Assembly: GCA_012862495.1 (NCBI GenBank)
Contig: BLSG01000345.1
Location: 1 to 64,000, forward strand
Source of the DNA: Thraustochytrium aureum
Taxonomy: Eukaryota
Direction: 5' to 3'
Length of the DNA: 64,000 nucleotides
A model generated the notes under the pieces. That model saw only the letters and a program-made list of their open reading frames with translations. It ran no database searches and was not told the origin of the DNA. The translations under genes were made by a program, and so were the position numbers. Positions 31,347 through 42,144 of the stretch are shown piece by piece (within the stretch, counting starts at the first letter, position 1; each line of letters begins with the position of its first letter).

Positions 31347-34300
31347 TTAGAGCGCGGCAGTGGGGGCGTACGCAAAGACCGGGTCCTCGAGGTCAAACTC
31401 GATGCGCGGGTCATGCTTGACGGCCAGAAGGCGCTGCATGTAGGCCGCGCCGTGGAGGATCTGCAGGTTGACCTGCACAACGCAAGGAAACTGGCCGCAG
31501 ACCTCGGCGTCGAGGTAGGATCCCTTGGCAAAGTCGTTCCAGGCCCCAATCGCAGGGCCGCACCACACTTGATAGTCCAGCACGCGGTCGGCGATTCCAT
31601 TGTTGGCCCAGAACGAACTCAGGCCAAGGTACCAGCGGAAGCAGAGCGACATCTTGAGCTTGCCATCCTTTTCTGCGCGTTCGATCTTGTCCTCGTTGTG
31701 GAGACGGTTGATGTAAAAGTCTTTCGTCTCGTCCCATACGGCCGCGAGGGGCTTTTGGAAGATCCGCTTCTCAACCCGCGCGAGCTCCTCGGCGGGCATC
31801 TCGTCGAACGAGTTGTACGTGCAAAACAGCTCGTAGAGCTTCTTGGCGCGCGACGGAAACATGGTGCCCTTCTTGAGCACCTGGAGCTCCACCCCCTGGT
31901 CAAACATATCTGCGGCGGGCGCCATTGTGATGTCCGAGTAGGTCGCTTTTGAAAGCTGCATGCGCACCGCGTCGCAGGTGCCCGACTGCCGGCTGAGTTG
32001 GTTGACCGTTCCTGTCACGAGAAAGGCGGCGCCCATGTTGAAGGCCGCAGTTGCTGCAAGCGGGCAGCCGATCCCGCCACCCGCGCCAACTCGAACGCGA
32101 AGGCTCGCCGGGTAACCGCACTCCTTGTGCAGCCTGTTGCGGAGCGCGATGATCAGCGGAAGGATGACATGGATCGGGCGATTGTCCGTGTGGCCGCCCG
32201 AGTCTGCCTCGACGGCAATGTCGTCGGCCATCGGCACTTGTTTGGCCAGCTCGGCCTGCTCGGCCGAAATCTCACCCGACGCAACCAACTTGGTCAAGAG
32301 GGCCTCCGGAGCGGGGCGAATGAACATCTCCGCGAGCTCCGTGNNNNNNNNNNNNNNNNNNNNNNNNNNNNNNNNNNNNNNNNNNNNNNNNNNNNNNNNN
32401 NNNNNNNNNNNNNNNNNNNNNNNNNNNNNNNNNNNNNNNNNNNNNNNNNNNNNNNNNNNNNNNNNNNNNNNNNNNNNNNNNNNNNNNNNNNNNNNNNNNN
32501 NNNNNNNNNNNNNNNNNNNNNNNNNNNNNNNNNNNNNNNNNNNNNNNNNNCCGTGCGCGAAATCTTTCCGATGATGCGGTTGCGGACTCGAACAGAGCCG
32601 TCCGCGTTGCGTGACAGACCTGCAGCGCGGAACCGAACAACCTGCGTCGTGAGGCCGGTGAAGGCAGACGCCTCGCACACCCTGACGCCCTTCTCCAGGA
32701 ACAAATCCACGTTGCCCTTCTCCAGGTTGCTGTCGAAGGGCGAGTGGATCAGGTTGACCGCATAGGGGCCGTCGGGGAGCGCGGCCTGGATCTTTTCCAC
32801 TGCGGCGCGCACGAGGTGCATTGGCAGGCCTCCCGCGCCGAACGACGCGAGTATTCCACGCTTGCCGGCGGCGATGACCAAGTCGGCCGATGCGATGCCC
32901 TTTGCCATTGCGCCAGTGTACATTGGTGCAGACACGTTGTAGGTCTTCATGAAGGACTTTTCGCCAAGGTCCGCGACGGTGCACGGCGGCACGAAGCACA
33001 CGTCAGCGCCCTCTCCGTCCTGGACCAGCGCCAGCGCGCCGCTGGCTGCGTCCTGTCTCAGGTAGAGCGGCCTCTCAAGGGCAAGGAGCTCGTTGCGCAG
33101 CGCCTCGACGCCCAAGCGGCCAGGCCTCTCGGACGCCACCTCGTGCTGGCTGCGCGGGTCTCTCTCAGCAGTCGCGCCCGGCTCCATGCGGACGCGGAGG
33201 CCCTCTGCAGAGTAGACGCGAAGGCCATCGACCCAGAGAAATCCGTCGGCGACGATCTCGACGCCCCCGGACACGAGCGACACGGATCTGATGTGAACCT
33301 CGCTGTCCATCACGTTGTTTTTCGGCGTGAGCTGGCCGCGGTACTTCCACGACGTCTTGCCGGCGGCGTGCGCAAAGCGCGGACGCGCCAGCCCGTACTT
33401 TGCTGCGAAGCCCTCGCGGAGCGCAAACGCCTCAATGAGCTGAAACATCGACTCGATGCCGAGCGAGCCAGGCATGACCGGGTCGAACCAAAAGTGGCAC
33501 GAGAAGAACCAATCGCGCTTGTTGACGTCCTTGTGGCCGTGGGCGTATCCAAGGCTGTGCAGGCCGCCATCCTTGACAATGTTGATCGTGTCGAGAAACT
33601 CGCACTGGGTCGACCTGCGCTCAAGCTGCGCACCGTCTGGCGCCGCAGCTAGGAGCTCGGCCTTGCCGCGGGCGGTGCAGACGTCGAAACGGGCGACGCG
33701 CGAGGGGTCTACCTTTTGCGCCACAAACCACGGCTCCGTTTTTGCACCTTGATCGAGGCCAACCTGCGCCGCGAACACCTCCGGCACAAACCACCCAAAC
33801 GACGTGGAGCCTTTGTAAAAGGCTGTCCCGTCCACGCTGAGCTCGAACGAAAACTTGTGAACGCCCATCTTGCCGAGCATGCTGTACCCCTCGCAGCGCG
33901 TGTCGTTCCGGATCGTCTTGCCCCGCAGGTCGATGTCGGGCCGCAGCATCTCGCAAGTGGCGTCCAAGTTGCGGAACAGGATGTCGTCCTTGTCCATCGT
34001 GAGCGGAGCCTTGAGCACAGAGGTGAGCACCCCTGACGTCTGCAGCCCGATTTCCATCACGATCGAGTACGGCATGTGGGCGTCGTTGCTGGAACCTGAC
34101 CAAAACCAGGCGTGCTCGGGGCAGTCAAACTCACCCACCATCGAGCCTGTGCCAGGGTTGACGTCCACGTTGTAGAATTTGCCGTACTCGAGACCGTCCA
34201 CGGACACGACACGCGTCACGAGCGCAAGGTCGAAGGCGGGGCTGCGGCTCGTGTTTGAGCGGTCGAAGCGCCTGAACTCGTCGCCGAGGCAGCGCGAGAC

Positions 34301-35911
34301 CTTGCCACACATAAACTCGGACATGTTATACCAGTTGAGCGGCATGCGGCCTGGCGTGTGGTCGTTGTCGAGAGGGTTGCCTGGAAAGGGCGTGAACGTG
34401 ACAGCCCGCGGCGGGAACGTCGAGGGTGAAAACGACGGGGTTGGGTTGCCGGGAATGTGGGCCATCGGGTGCCAGTGCAGCTCGGCAGGCGAGAGCGGGT
34501 CGTCAACAAGGCAATGCGGGGGCGGCTGGAAGTCAGGGCCGGCCAGGTGGGCCGATGCGCGGGCCTCGCGCTTTTCTAGCTTGAGCGCGATGCCCTTGAA
34601 GTCGACGACGATCTTTTTCGAGAGGTCTCCCTTCCCGTAGCTCTCGAGGTCAGCCAGGTCGAACCCTTGGCCGAGCTCAAAATTGACGTCGATAATGTCG
34701 ACGTCGGCGATCGCGTACGGGTCGCCGGTTGCCTCGTCAATGCCCATCTCTTTGATCTCCATGACGTAGACCAGCTTGCCGCGGTGCGGCGAGATTTGCC
34801 CGCGGCAGCGCACCTTGTTGGGGTGGCCACTGACCGGGCGAAAGTCGAACGCCTCGCCGCCGCCCACCTTGGCGTGCAGGCCGAGCCAGATCATGTACAC
34901 CTTGAGGAGCTGGCTGCACCCGTCGCTCACAAGCGAGCCGGCCATGACCTGGTCACCCACAAAGTGGCACGGAAAGTACCAGTGGTCGCGCTCGAGCAAC
35001 TTTTCGCCCACCAGGAGGCCGAGGCCGTAGGCGCCGCCAGACGGGTCGATCCTGGTCACGCGGTCGATCATCAGCATCTTGCTGGCGCACAATTTGTAGT
35101 TGAGCTTCTCCATGCCGCGCTCCGGCCCGAAGACAGTGACCCAGTCGCGCGCGACGAGCCTGGTCATGTCGCGTTCCGACAGCGTAGCCTTGTGCGTGCA
35201 AGGGGCCACCGCGAAGGGCTCGATCGAGCGCTTGCTGATGCGGGCGCGCGCTGCGAGCTCGCCGCGCGTTTTGACAACGCCTTTGCCGGCCTCGAGCTCC
35301 TCGTCGGAGAAGAACCCGGCGCAGCCATCGCGCATCTCGATCAGCAGTCTCCCGTTGCAGTAGCAGTCGTACTCGAAGAAAAACATGGAGACGGCGCCGT
35401 CCGGCCTGGGGGCATATCCCGTGACGCGAATATCGTAAACGAGCGTTTCGCCCTCCTTGGCGACGCCGTAAAACGTCAGCGTTGTGTTGAGGAGCCGGTA
35501 GACGCGGTCGCCCTTGCACTGGTGGTCGATGCCCTGGTACGAAATGAGCATCAGGTCGCACTGCCCGCTCTCGACGAGCACGGCCCAAGGGACGTCGCCT
35601 CCCTCGCTGAGATCGCCGTTAACGGGGATGTCGTACTCTGTGACCATGCGGGCACCGACGCGGAATTGGTTGGGCTCTGCGTCCAGCAGTGTGACGCGGG
35701 TCACCAACAGATACTCGCGGGCTGGGAGCCTGACGCGGCGCCTGTACCCGTCGATGGCCGCGAACTCAGGCCCGAACACCTTGCCAATGTTGCCTTCGGC
35801 AAACTCGAGCAGCTCCTCGTAGTCGAACACGACGTTCTTCCCGCTCTTCATCTCTTGTTCGCTCATTTCCCACACGGGCGACTTGCCTTGGTCGCCGTTA
35901 TGCATCGCCAT
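31347..35911 (-). CDS. pfa3: PUFA synthase subunit C (two FabA-like dehydratase regions + enoyl reductase), thraustochytrid PFA3/OrfC
   Basis: RRVRLPAREYLLVTRV, HWYFPCHFVGDQVMAGSL, WFFSCHFWFDPVMPGSLG; ER motifs YTGAMAKGIAS, VEADSGGHTDNRP, APAADMF and DYQVWCGPAIG. About 1450 aa once the spurious gap is collapsed. Confidence 0.97.
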
Positions 35912-38314
35912 CTTCGTCGTGTGCGCTCGGTCTCGATGGAATCGCTCTGTTCTTTGCCGGGCTGGGCTCTTCCCGACTCGCGCAGAGAGCGAGCTTTTTT
36001 CCTTGTCGTCTCGGTCGGCCTCGTTCGGGCTTTGCACTGCAAATTCACGCCTGTGCACCTCGGCTGTGGCTGTGATGTCCGCCCTCGCCGGCATCTGTGC
36101 AGACCTTGAGAATCCCTGATGAGACTGTGCGGGTCGAGTGGCGTCGCTCCACGACGTCCTGTACGATCTTGTTTGTTGGATGATCATGGTGGATCCGGCC
36201 TTCCCCCCTGCGTTCGTGTGCCACGAAGATCCTCCGCGCCGCCACAATCGCATTCTGTGAGGCAGGCCACCGGTGCGGCGCGCTCTGCTTCGTCACANNN
36301 NNNNNNNNNNNNNNNNNNNNNNNNNNNNNNNNNNNNNNNNNNNNNNNNNNNNNNNNNNNNNNNNNNNNNNNNNNNNNNNNNNNNNNNNNNNNNNNNNNNN
36401 NNNNNNNNNNNNNNNNNNNNNNNNNNNNNNNNNNNNNNNNNNNNNNNNNNNNNNNNNNNNNNNNNNNNNNNNNNNNNNNNNNNNNNNNNNNNNNNNNNNN
36501 NNNNNNNNNNNNNNNNNNNNNNNNNNNNNNNCTCCCCTGCGACCACGCAGCTGGGCTGCGGCGCCTGCGAGTGAACGCACATGTCCAGATCCGCGTCGCG
36601 GCGTGCCGCCACACAAGGCCAACTCCTTACGTAGCTGGATGACCCTGCCCTGACGACCAAGTGGAGCCTTGACGAGGAGCCCTGGCGAGCCCGTGTCCGT
36701 GGCGCGGCTCGCAAGGACCGCCGCCTCCTTGACAAGCCCGATGGTAGATCCTCCGTTGGCGACACCGAACCCGAATCGGAATCATTGATCAGCCTGCCTG
36801 CAGTGACGGCTGCGTCGCGGGCCGGCGTCTCTCCCCAGAGGCCCAACGCGGCGGCGTATTCTCGCCCGACCGCTCTCTGCAGCCTTCAGTGCGGTGCGAG
36901 CTAAAGTAGAAAGTAGAGTGCACTGCCGTGCATGGTAGAGAAGGAAAGTACTCTACCTGGGACGGACGCCCTACTCGTTGATGCAGTAGCAGCAGGTCTG
37001 CTTCGATCGTCGTCGTTCTCGACGACGTCTCCTGGTTGCGCGCCCCTCGCAGAACTGCGGGACCTAATGTTTTAATTAAATCACACCGCCCTATCCAACC
37101 CACCAGGAGCACGTAAAGCGCTTCTATGCTTTAATTAAAAGAATGGGGACAACAACGCAGCACAAAGCGCCACAAGATCGGATTCAGAATAGAGGGTCCA
37201 AGGACCGCTAGAATGGCCCGACCAGCATGGCGTAATCAACATGGCCGGCCCAATGCTGCGGCAAGCCGCGGCGGCGGGTCGAAATAGGTTCCCCAGGCCT
37301 TTCAGAGCGATGCCTTAGCGGAAGCCCAACGGCCTGCTTTTCACGATCAAGGCTTCCAGGTGGACCTGGATGAAGCGCGTCGGAGCAAGTCGCTGTCCCC
37401 GTGCGGGCAGGCGATGTCGCTCGAGCAGAAGGAGGAGGAAGTGCTGCGGCGCGCCCGCTCGTCGGTTGCGCTCCACGTTACGTGCTCAACTTGTTCCAAT
37501 TCAAAACCCGCTGCGGCGTGATCATGGACAGCGTGGAGNNNNNNNNNNNNNNNNNNNNNNNNNNNNNNNNNNNNNNNNNNNNNNNNNNNNNNNNNNNNNN
37601 NNNNNNNNNNNNNNNNNNNNNNNNNNNNNNNNNNNNNNNNNNNNNNNNNNNNNNNNNNNNNNNNNNNNNNNNNNNNNNNNNNNNNNNNNNNNNNNNNNNN
37701 NNNNNNNNNNNNNNNNNNNNNNNNNNNNNNNNNNNNNNNNNNNNNNNNNNNNNNNNNNNNNNNNNNNNNNNNNNNNNNNNNNNNNNNNNNNNNNNNNNNN
37801 NNNNNNNNNNNNNNNNNNNNNNNNNNNNNNNNNNNNNNNNNNNNNNNNNNNNNNNNNNNNNNNNNNNNNNNNNNNNNNNNNNNNNNNNNNNNNNNNNNNN
37901 NNNNNNNNNNNNNNNNNNNNNNNNNNNNNNNNNNNNNNNNNNNNNNNNNNNNNNNNNNNNNNNNNNNNNNNNNNNNNNNNNNNNNNNNNNNNNNNNNGCG
38001 GCTTTCAATTGAAGTTGATTTCAATTGAGCTCGTGCAAGTTGCGCTGCAAAGTTGCTGTCGAAAAACGATGACAACCTTAACCGCTGGGTTAGGGTTTGC
38101 GTCTCGGTAGGAGAGGCATGGGGAATCCATTGGGGAAGTGGATTTTGCCCAGAGCACCAACAGCCATCGCTCGCGTCCAGCAGCGCTCTGGGGTGGCGCG
38201 CCAGGTCTTGTCGCGGCGTGCCGGAGCACCTGCTTGCTCGCTGGCTTGGTGACGCGGCCCAGGGCCTTGTGGAGGGCGGGCGGCCTCGCTGGAACTGGTT
38301 CGGGAGTCGCGGGG

Positions 38315-39843
38315 ATGGCGGCGCCGTCGTCTGCCTCGCAGTCGACTGCGGTGAACCGCAAGTCGCGCGTGAGCTACTTTTACAAGCCGGAGATTGGGAG
38401 GCGTGTACTATGGTCCTGGGGTAAGTGCGCGGACGGCGCTCGGCGACAGCGCAATCGAAACTAACAGCGTCCTCGAGGTCCTCGCAGCATCCCATGAAGC
38501 CACAGCGGCTCAAGCTGACGCACCACCTGCTCCTGACGTACGGACTGTACCGCAAGATGGAGGTGCTGCGGCAGCACGACGCCACTGCGGAGGAGCTCGA
38601 GCGGTTTCACTCGCACGAGTACGTCGACTTTCTCAAGCGCATCTCGCCCGAGACGGAGCAAGAGTTTGAAAAGCAAATGGGCAAGTTCAACGTGGGACCC
38701 TATTCGGACTGCCCCGTTTTCGACGGTCTGTACAATTTTATGAGCAGCTGTGCGGGCGGCTCGCTCGACGCGGCAGTTAAGGTCAACCACGGCCTCGCGG
38801 ACGTGTGCGTAAACTGGTCGGGCGGCCTGCACCACGCCAAGAAGGGCGAGGCGTCTGGGTTTTGCTACATCAACGACATCGTTCTGAGTATCGTCGAGCT
38901 CCTCAAGTACCACCAGCGCGTGCTTTACATCGACATCGACATCCACCACGGCGACGGCGTCGAGGAGGCCTTTTACACGACGGACCGCGTGATGACAGCG
39001 TCGTTCCACAAGTACGGCGACTTCTTCCCTGGAAGCGGGGCCTATACGGACATCGGCGCACGCGCCGGAAAGTATTACAGCGTTAACTTTCCCCTCAAAG
39101 ACGGCCTGGACGACGCCAGCTTCGAATCGATCTTCAAGCCTGTCATCGCCAAGATCATGGAGAAGTACCAGCCAGGAGCGGTGGTCATGTGCTGCGGCGC
39201 CGACTCGATTACGGGAGACCGCCTCGGAGTGTGGAACCTCTCCATCCGAGGCCATGCCATGGCGGTCCAGTACGTCAAGGGATTTGGCGTGCCCGTGATT
39301 CTGCTTGGAGGAGGCGGGTACACGCCGCGCAACGTGGCACGGTGCTGGGCCTTTGAGACCGCCGTCGCGCTTGGGGAACATGACGAGTTGGACAACCAGA
39401 TCCCTTGGAACACGTACCACAGCTACTTTGGGCCGGACCACAACCTCCATCTCACGCCCGACCCCAACATGCGCAATATGAACTCGCGCGCATACCTGGA
39501 CAAGTACACCAACATCATTTTGGACAACCTGAGCCACCTTGACGCGGCCCCAAGCGTGCAGTTCCAGGACAGGCCCGCCGACTTTTCGGACCCGGAGGAA
39601 CGCCGCCGCGCGGCGGAGGACGAGGGCGACCCTGACGAGCGCGACGAGACCTCGCATGTGCGGAGCCACGAGGCCGAGTTTTACGAGGACGACAAGGACA
39701 ATGACGCTCCAGTCCCACAAGAGTCATCGTCTAACCCTGCTGTAAGCGAGACAAAGACGGACGTGGGAGCTCCCGCCTCAGGTGCGGGGACAGGGGCTTA
39801 CGCCAAAGGCACAGAATGCGGCGGGTTTGTCGATGCGCCTTAG
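38315..39843 (+). CDS. Class I histone deacetylase (RPD3/HDAC1-like); intron 38421-38488; frameshift at ~38396
   Basis: [51 protein letters not shown] and GGGGY; acidic tail. Confidence 0.95.
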
Positions 39844-39930
39844 ACCTCTTGCGCCGTCTTCGATCTCCCGCGCTGCCTTCGACCTCTTGCGCCGTCTTCG
39901 ATCTCCCACGCTGCCTTCGACCTCTCGCGC
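39843..39930. repeat. 38-nt tandem repeat (2 copies + partial) immediately after the HDAC stop codon
   Basis: gacctcttgcgccgtcttcgatctccc(g/a)cgctgccttc x2, then gacctc. Confidence 0.9.
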
Positions 39931-40291
39931 TGCAGATCGAGGCTGTGCAGTGATTTGGCACATACCCACAGTAGTCAACTTGTTCGTCCCACGGAACGGG
40001 CTGAAAAAAATCGGAGTGCGTTTGGCAGACCTATGGATACAAGACCATTTGGTCCAGAGGCAAAGGCAGGGGTTGAGTATTTTACAGGCTCTGCGGAAAG
40101 CAGCAGAACGTACCAGGTCCGGGCTTAGAGAGGCCAGCCGCGACGAAGAAGCCCTGGCCGCGACGACGGGGTTCCCATGTGAGGCCGTTCACTTTCAGCC
40201 AGCGAGTACGCCGCGAGTCATTCCAAAAGAAACCATCGTAGAAGGCACGCCCAGGGGAGCTGTTGGCGAAATTCCAGCGGCTTCAAAACAG

Positions 40292-41510
40292 CTACCGGTC
40301 GTCCTCCACCGGCTCCCCAGCCACCAGCTTCGACTCTAGATAAGACTCGGGCGGCAACTCTTGCATGGCCACGCTCGGCGCGCCTTGGAGCTGCTGCAAA
40401 TTCTGCAAAATGATGGTCTTGTACTTGTCCAGGTATTCCTTTGTGTTGGCGTTGTGCATCTCCTTTGACGGCGTGAGGTGAATCTGGTGGTCTGGCTCAA
40501 AATACCCCGAGAACTCGTGCGCCGGGATCTCCCCGGGAAGGTCCTTGTCCTCACCGAGCAGCACGGCCGTCTCAAAGGCCCAGCAGCGCGCCACGTTGTT
40601 GATCGTATAACCGCCCCCGCCCAACACCAGAAGCGGGAGACCAAAGCCCTTGATGAACTTGACGGCATCAGCATGACCACGGACCGAAAGATTAAAGCAG
40701 CCGAGGCGGTCGCCCGTGAGCGAGTCGGCCCCGCACTGGAGCACGACGGCGCCGGGGCGGAAGACTTCCATAATCTTTTCGATGACTGGTTTGAAGATGC
40801 GGAAAAAGTCACGGTCGCTGATGCCCTCCTTGAGGGGAAAGTTGACGCTGTAGTTCTTTCCCTTCTCTGCGCCAGTGTCGTGAATGTCGCCCGTTCCGGG
40901 GAAGAAGTCGCCGTACTTGTGGAACGAACAGGTCATGACGCGGTCGGTCAGGTAAAAGGCCTCCTCAACGCCGTCCCCGTGGTGGATGTCGATGTCGATG
41001 TACAGCACGCGGGCGTGAAACTTGAGCAGCTCGAGGATGGCTAGCACGATGTCGTTGACGTAGCAGAACCCGCTGCCTTCGCCCTTCTTGGCGTGGTGCA
41101 GGCCGCCGGGCCAGTTGATGGCGATATCGCACAGCCCGTGGTTGAGCCGCACCGCGCCGTCCAGGCTACCTCCTGTGTAGAGACTGCAAAAGTCAAACAG
41201 GTCTGAAAAAATCGGGCAGTCGGTCGCCTCGCCAAGGTTGAACTTGACGGCCTCGTTCGCGAGCGCCTTAGCCGTGTCGGGCGACGCGCGGCGGATAAAG
41301 TCGATGTACTCTGGGCTGTGAAACTGCGCCATTTCGCCTGCCGTGGCGCGATGCGGTCGAAAGCAGTCCATCTTGCGGTAAAGTCCGTAGCTCAGGATGA
41401 GGTTGTGGGGTCAGCAAGAGCCGCGCGGGCTTCATCGGGTGCCCCGGCCCGTAATGGTGTTGCGGAAACTCCGCATCATAGAAATACGACACGCGTTTCT
41501 TTCCGCTCAT
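40292..41510 (-). CDS. Second class I histone deacetylase, convergent with the first; frameshift at G-run 41407-41410
   Basis: [54 protein letters not shown] and GGGGY. The 3' end may include an unrecognised exon. Confidence 0.93.
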
Positions 41511-42070
41511 TCCTTCGCCGGCTCCCGCCTCGCGCCAGAGGTTGGTTGCCCCGAGCAACGCTCCGCAGCGCGTTCGTCCGCCTTGGCCTTTCACGACCGA
41601 CCGCCGCGTTGCCAAGCTCGACTGCTCCGCCTTCTCGCGCCGCGCCGGTCCGCAGCACAAACTCTCGGGCAGCGTCACGCAGCCGATCCGCAGCACGAGC
41701 CCTCGGGCAGCGTCACGCAGCGCAGCGCAGCGCGGCGCAGCGAAGCTCTCCAGGAGGGTCTGCTGACTCGGACGTCAACCACCAGGACGCTGGAACAGCT
41801 CCTTGTTCATGAAGTGCGTGCTTTGTTCGTCCACGACGAAGAGCTCGTTGGCCATGGACGAGATCGAGATGCGACCAGCCTGAGGCAGCAATCCGAGTTG
41901 GACCACCTGCTCGACCGCCATCCAGCCCAGGTGGCCTTCTCAGCAGTCGCCCAACGCGCCCGGCGTGGTCCGCGTGTCGCATCTTTCGACTGCCCGCTCG
42001 ACTGGCCCTTGTCGCGCAAGAGACGCGGCCTCGGTCGGTCCTGGGTGCGAAGCGCCGGCGGCTGGGGAGG

Positions 42071-42093
42071 ATGGCGGAGCCCGACACAAAGCC

Positions 42094-42144
<51 letters not shown>

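Noticed and set aside
34667..36109. Long antisense ORFs (e.g. 480 aa opposite pfa3, 419 aa opposite HDAC, 378 aa opposite DBP5)
   Set aside because: Shadow ORFs expected from high GC3 codon bias; no recognisable domains.
35912..36253. N-terminal extension of pfa3 in the ORF track
   Set aside because: Similarity to known OrfC begins at the Met at 35911; the upstream part is likely 5' UTR.
36532..36904. Possible 3' exon of a + strand gene upstream of pfa3
   Set aside because: About 80 open codons, but no start, no family match and inconsistent splice phase; abuts a gap.
16028..41510. Deacetylase or lipid gene 'cluster' (sirtuin, HDACs, pfa3)
   Set aside because: Unrelated housekeeping genes are interspersed; no evidence of a co-regulated biosynthetic cluster.
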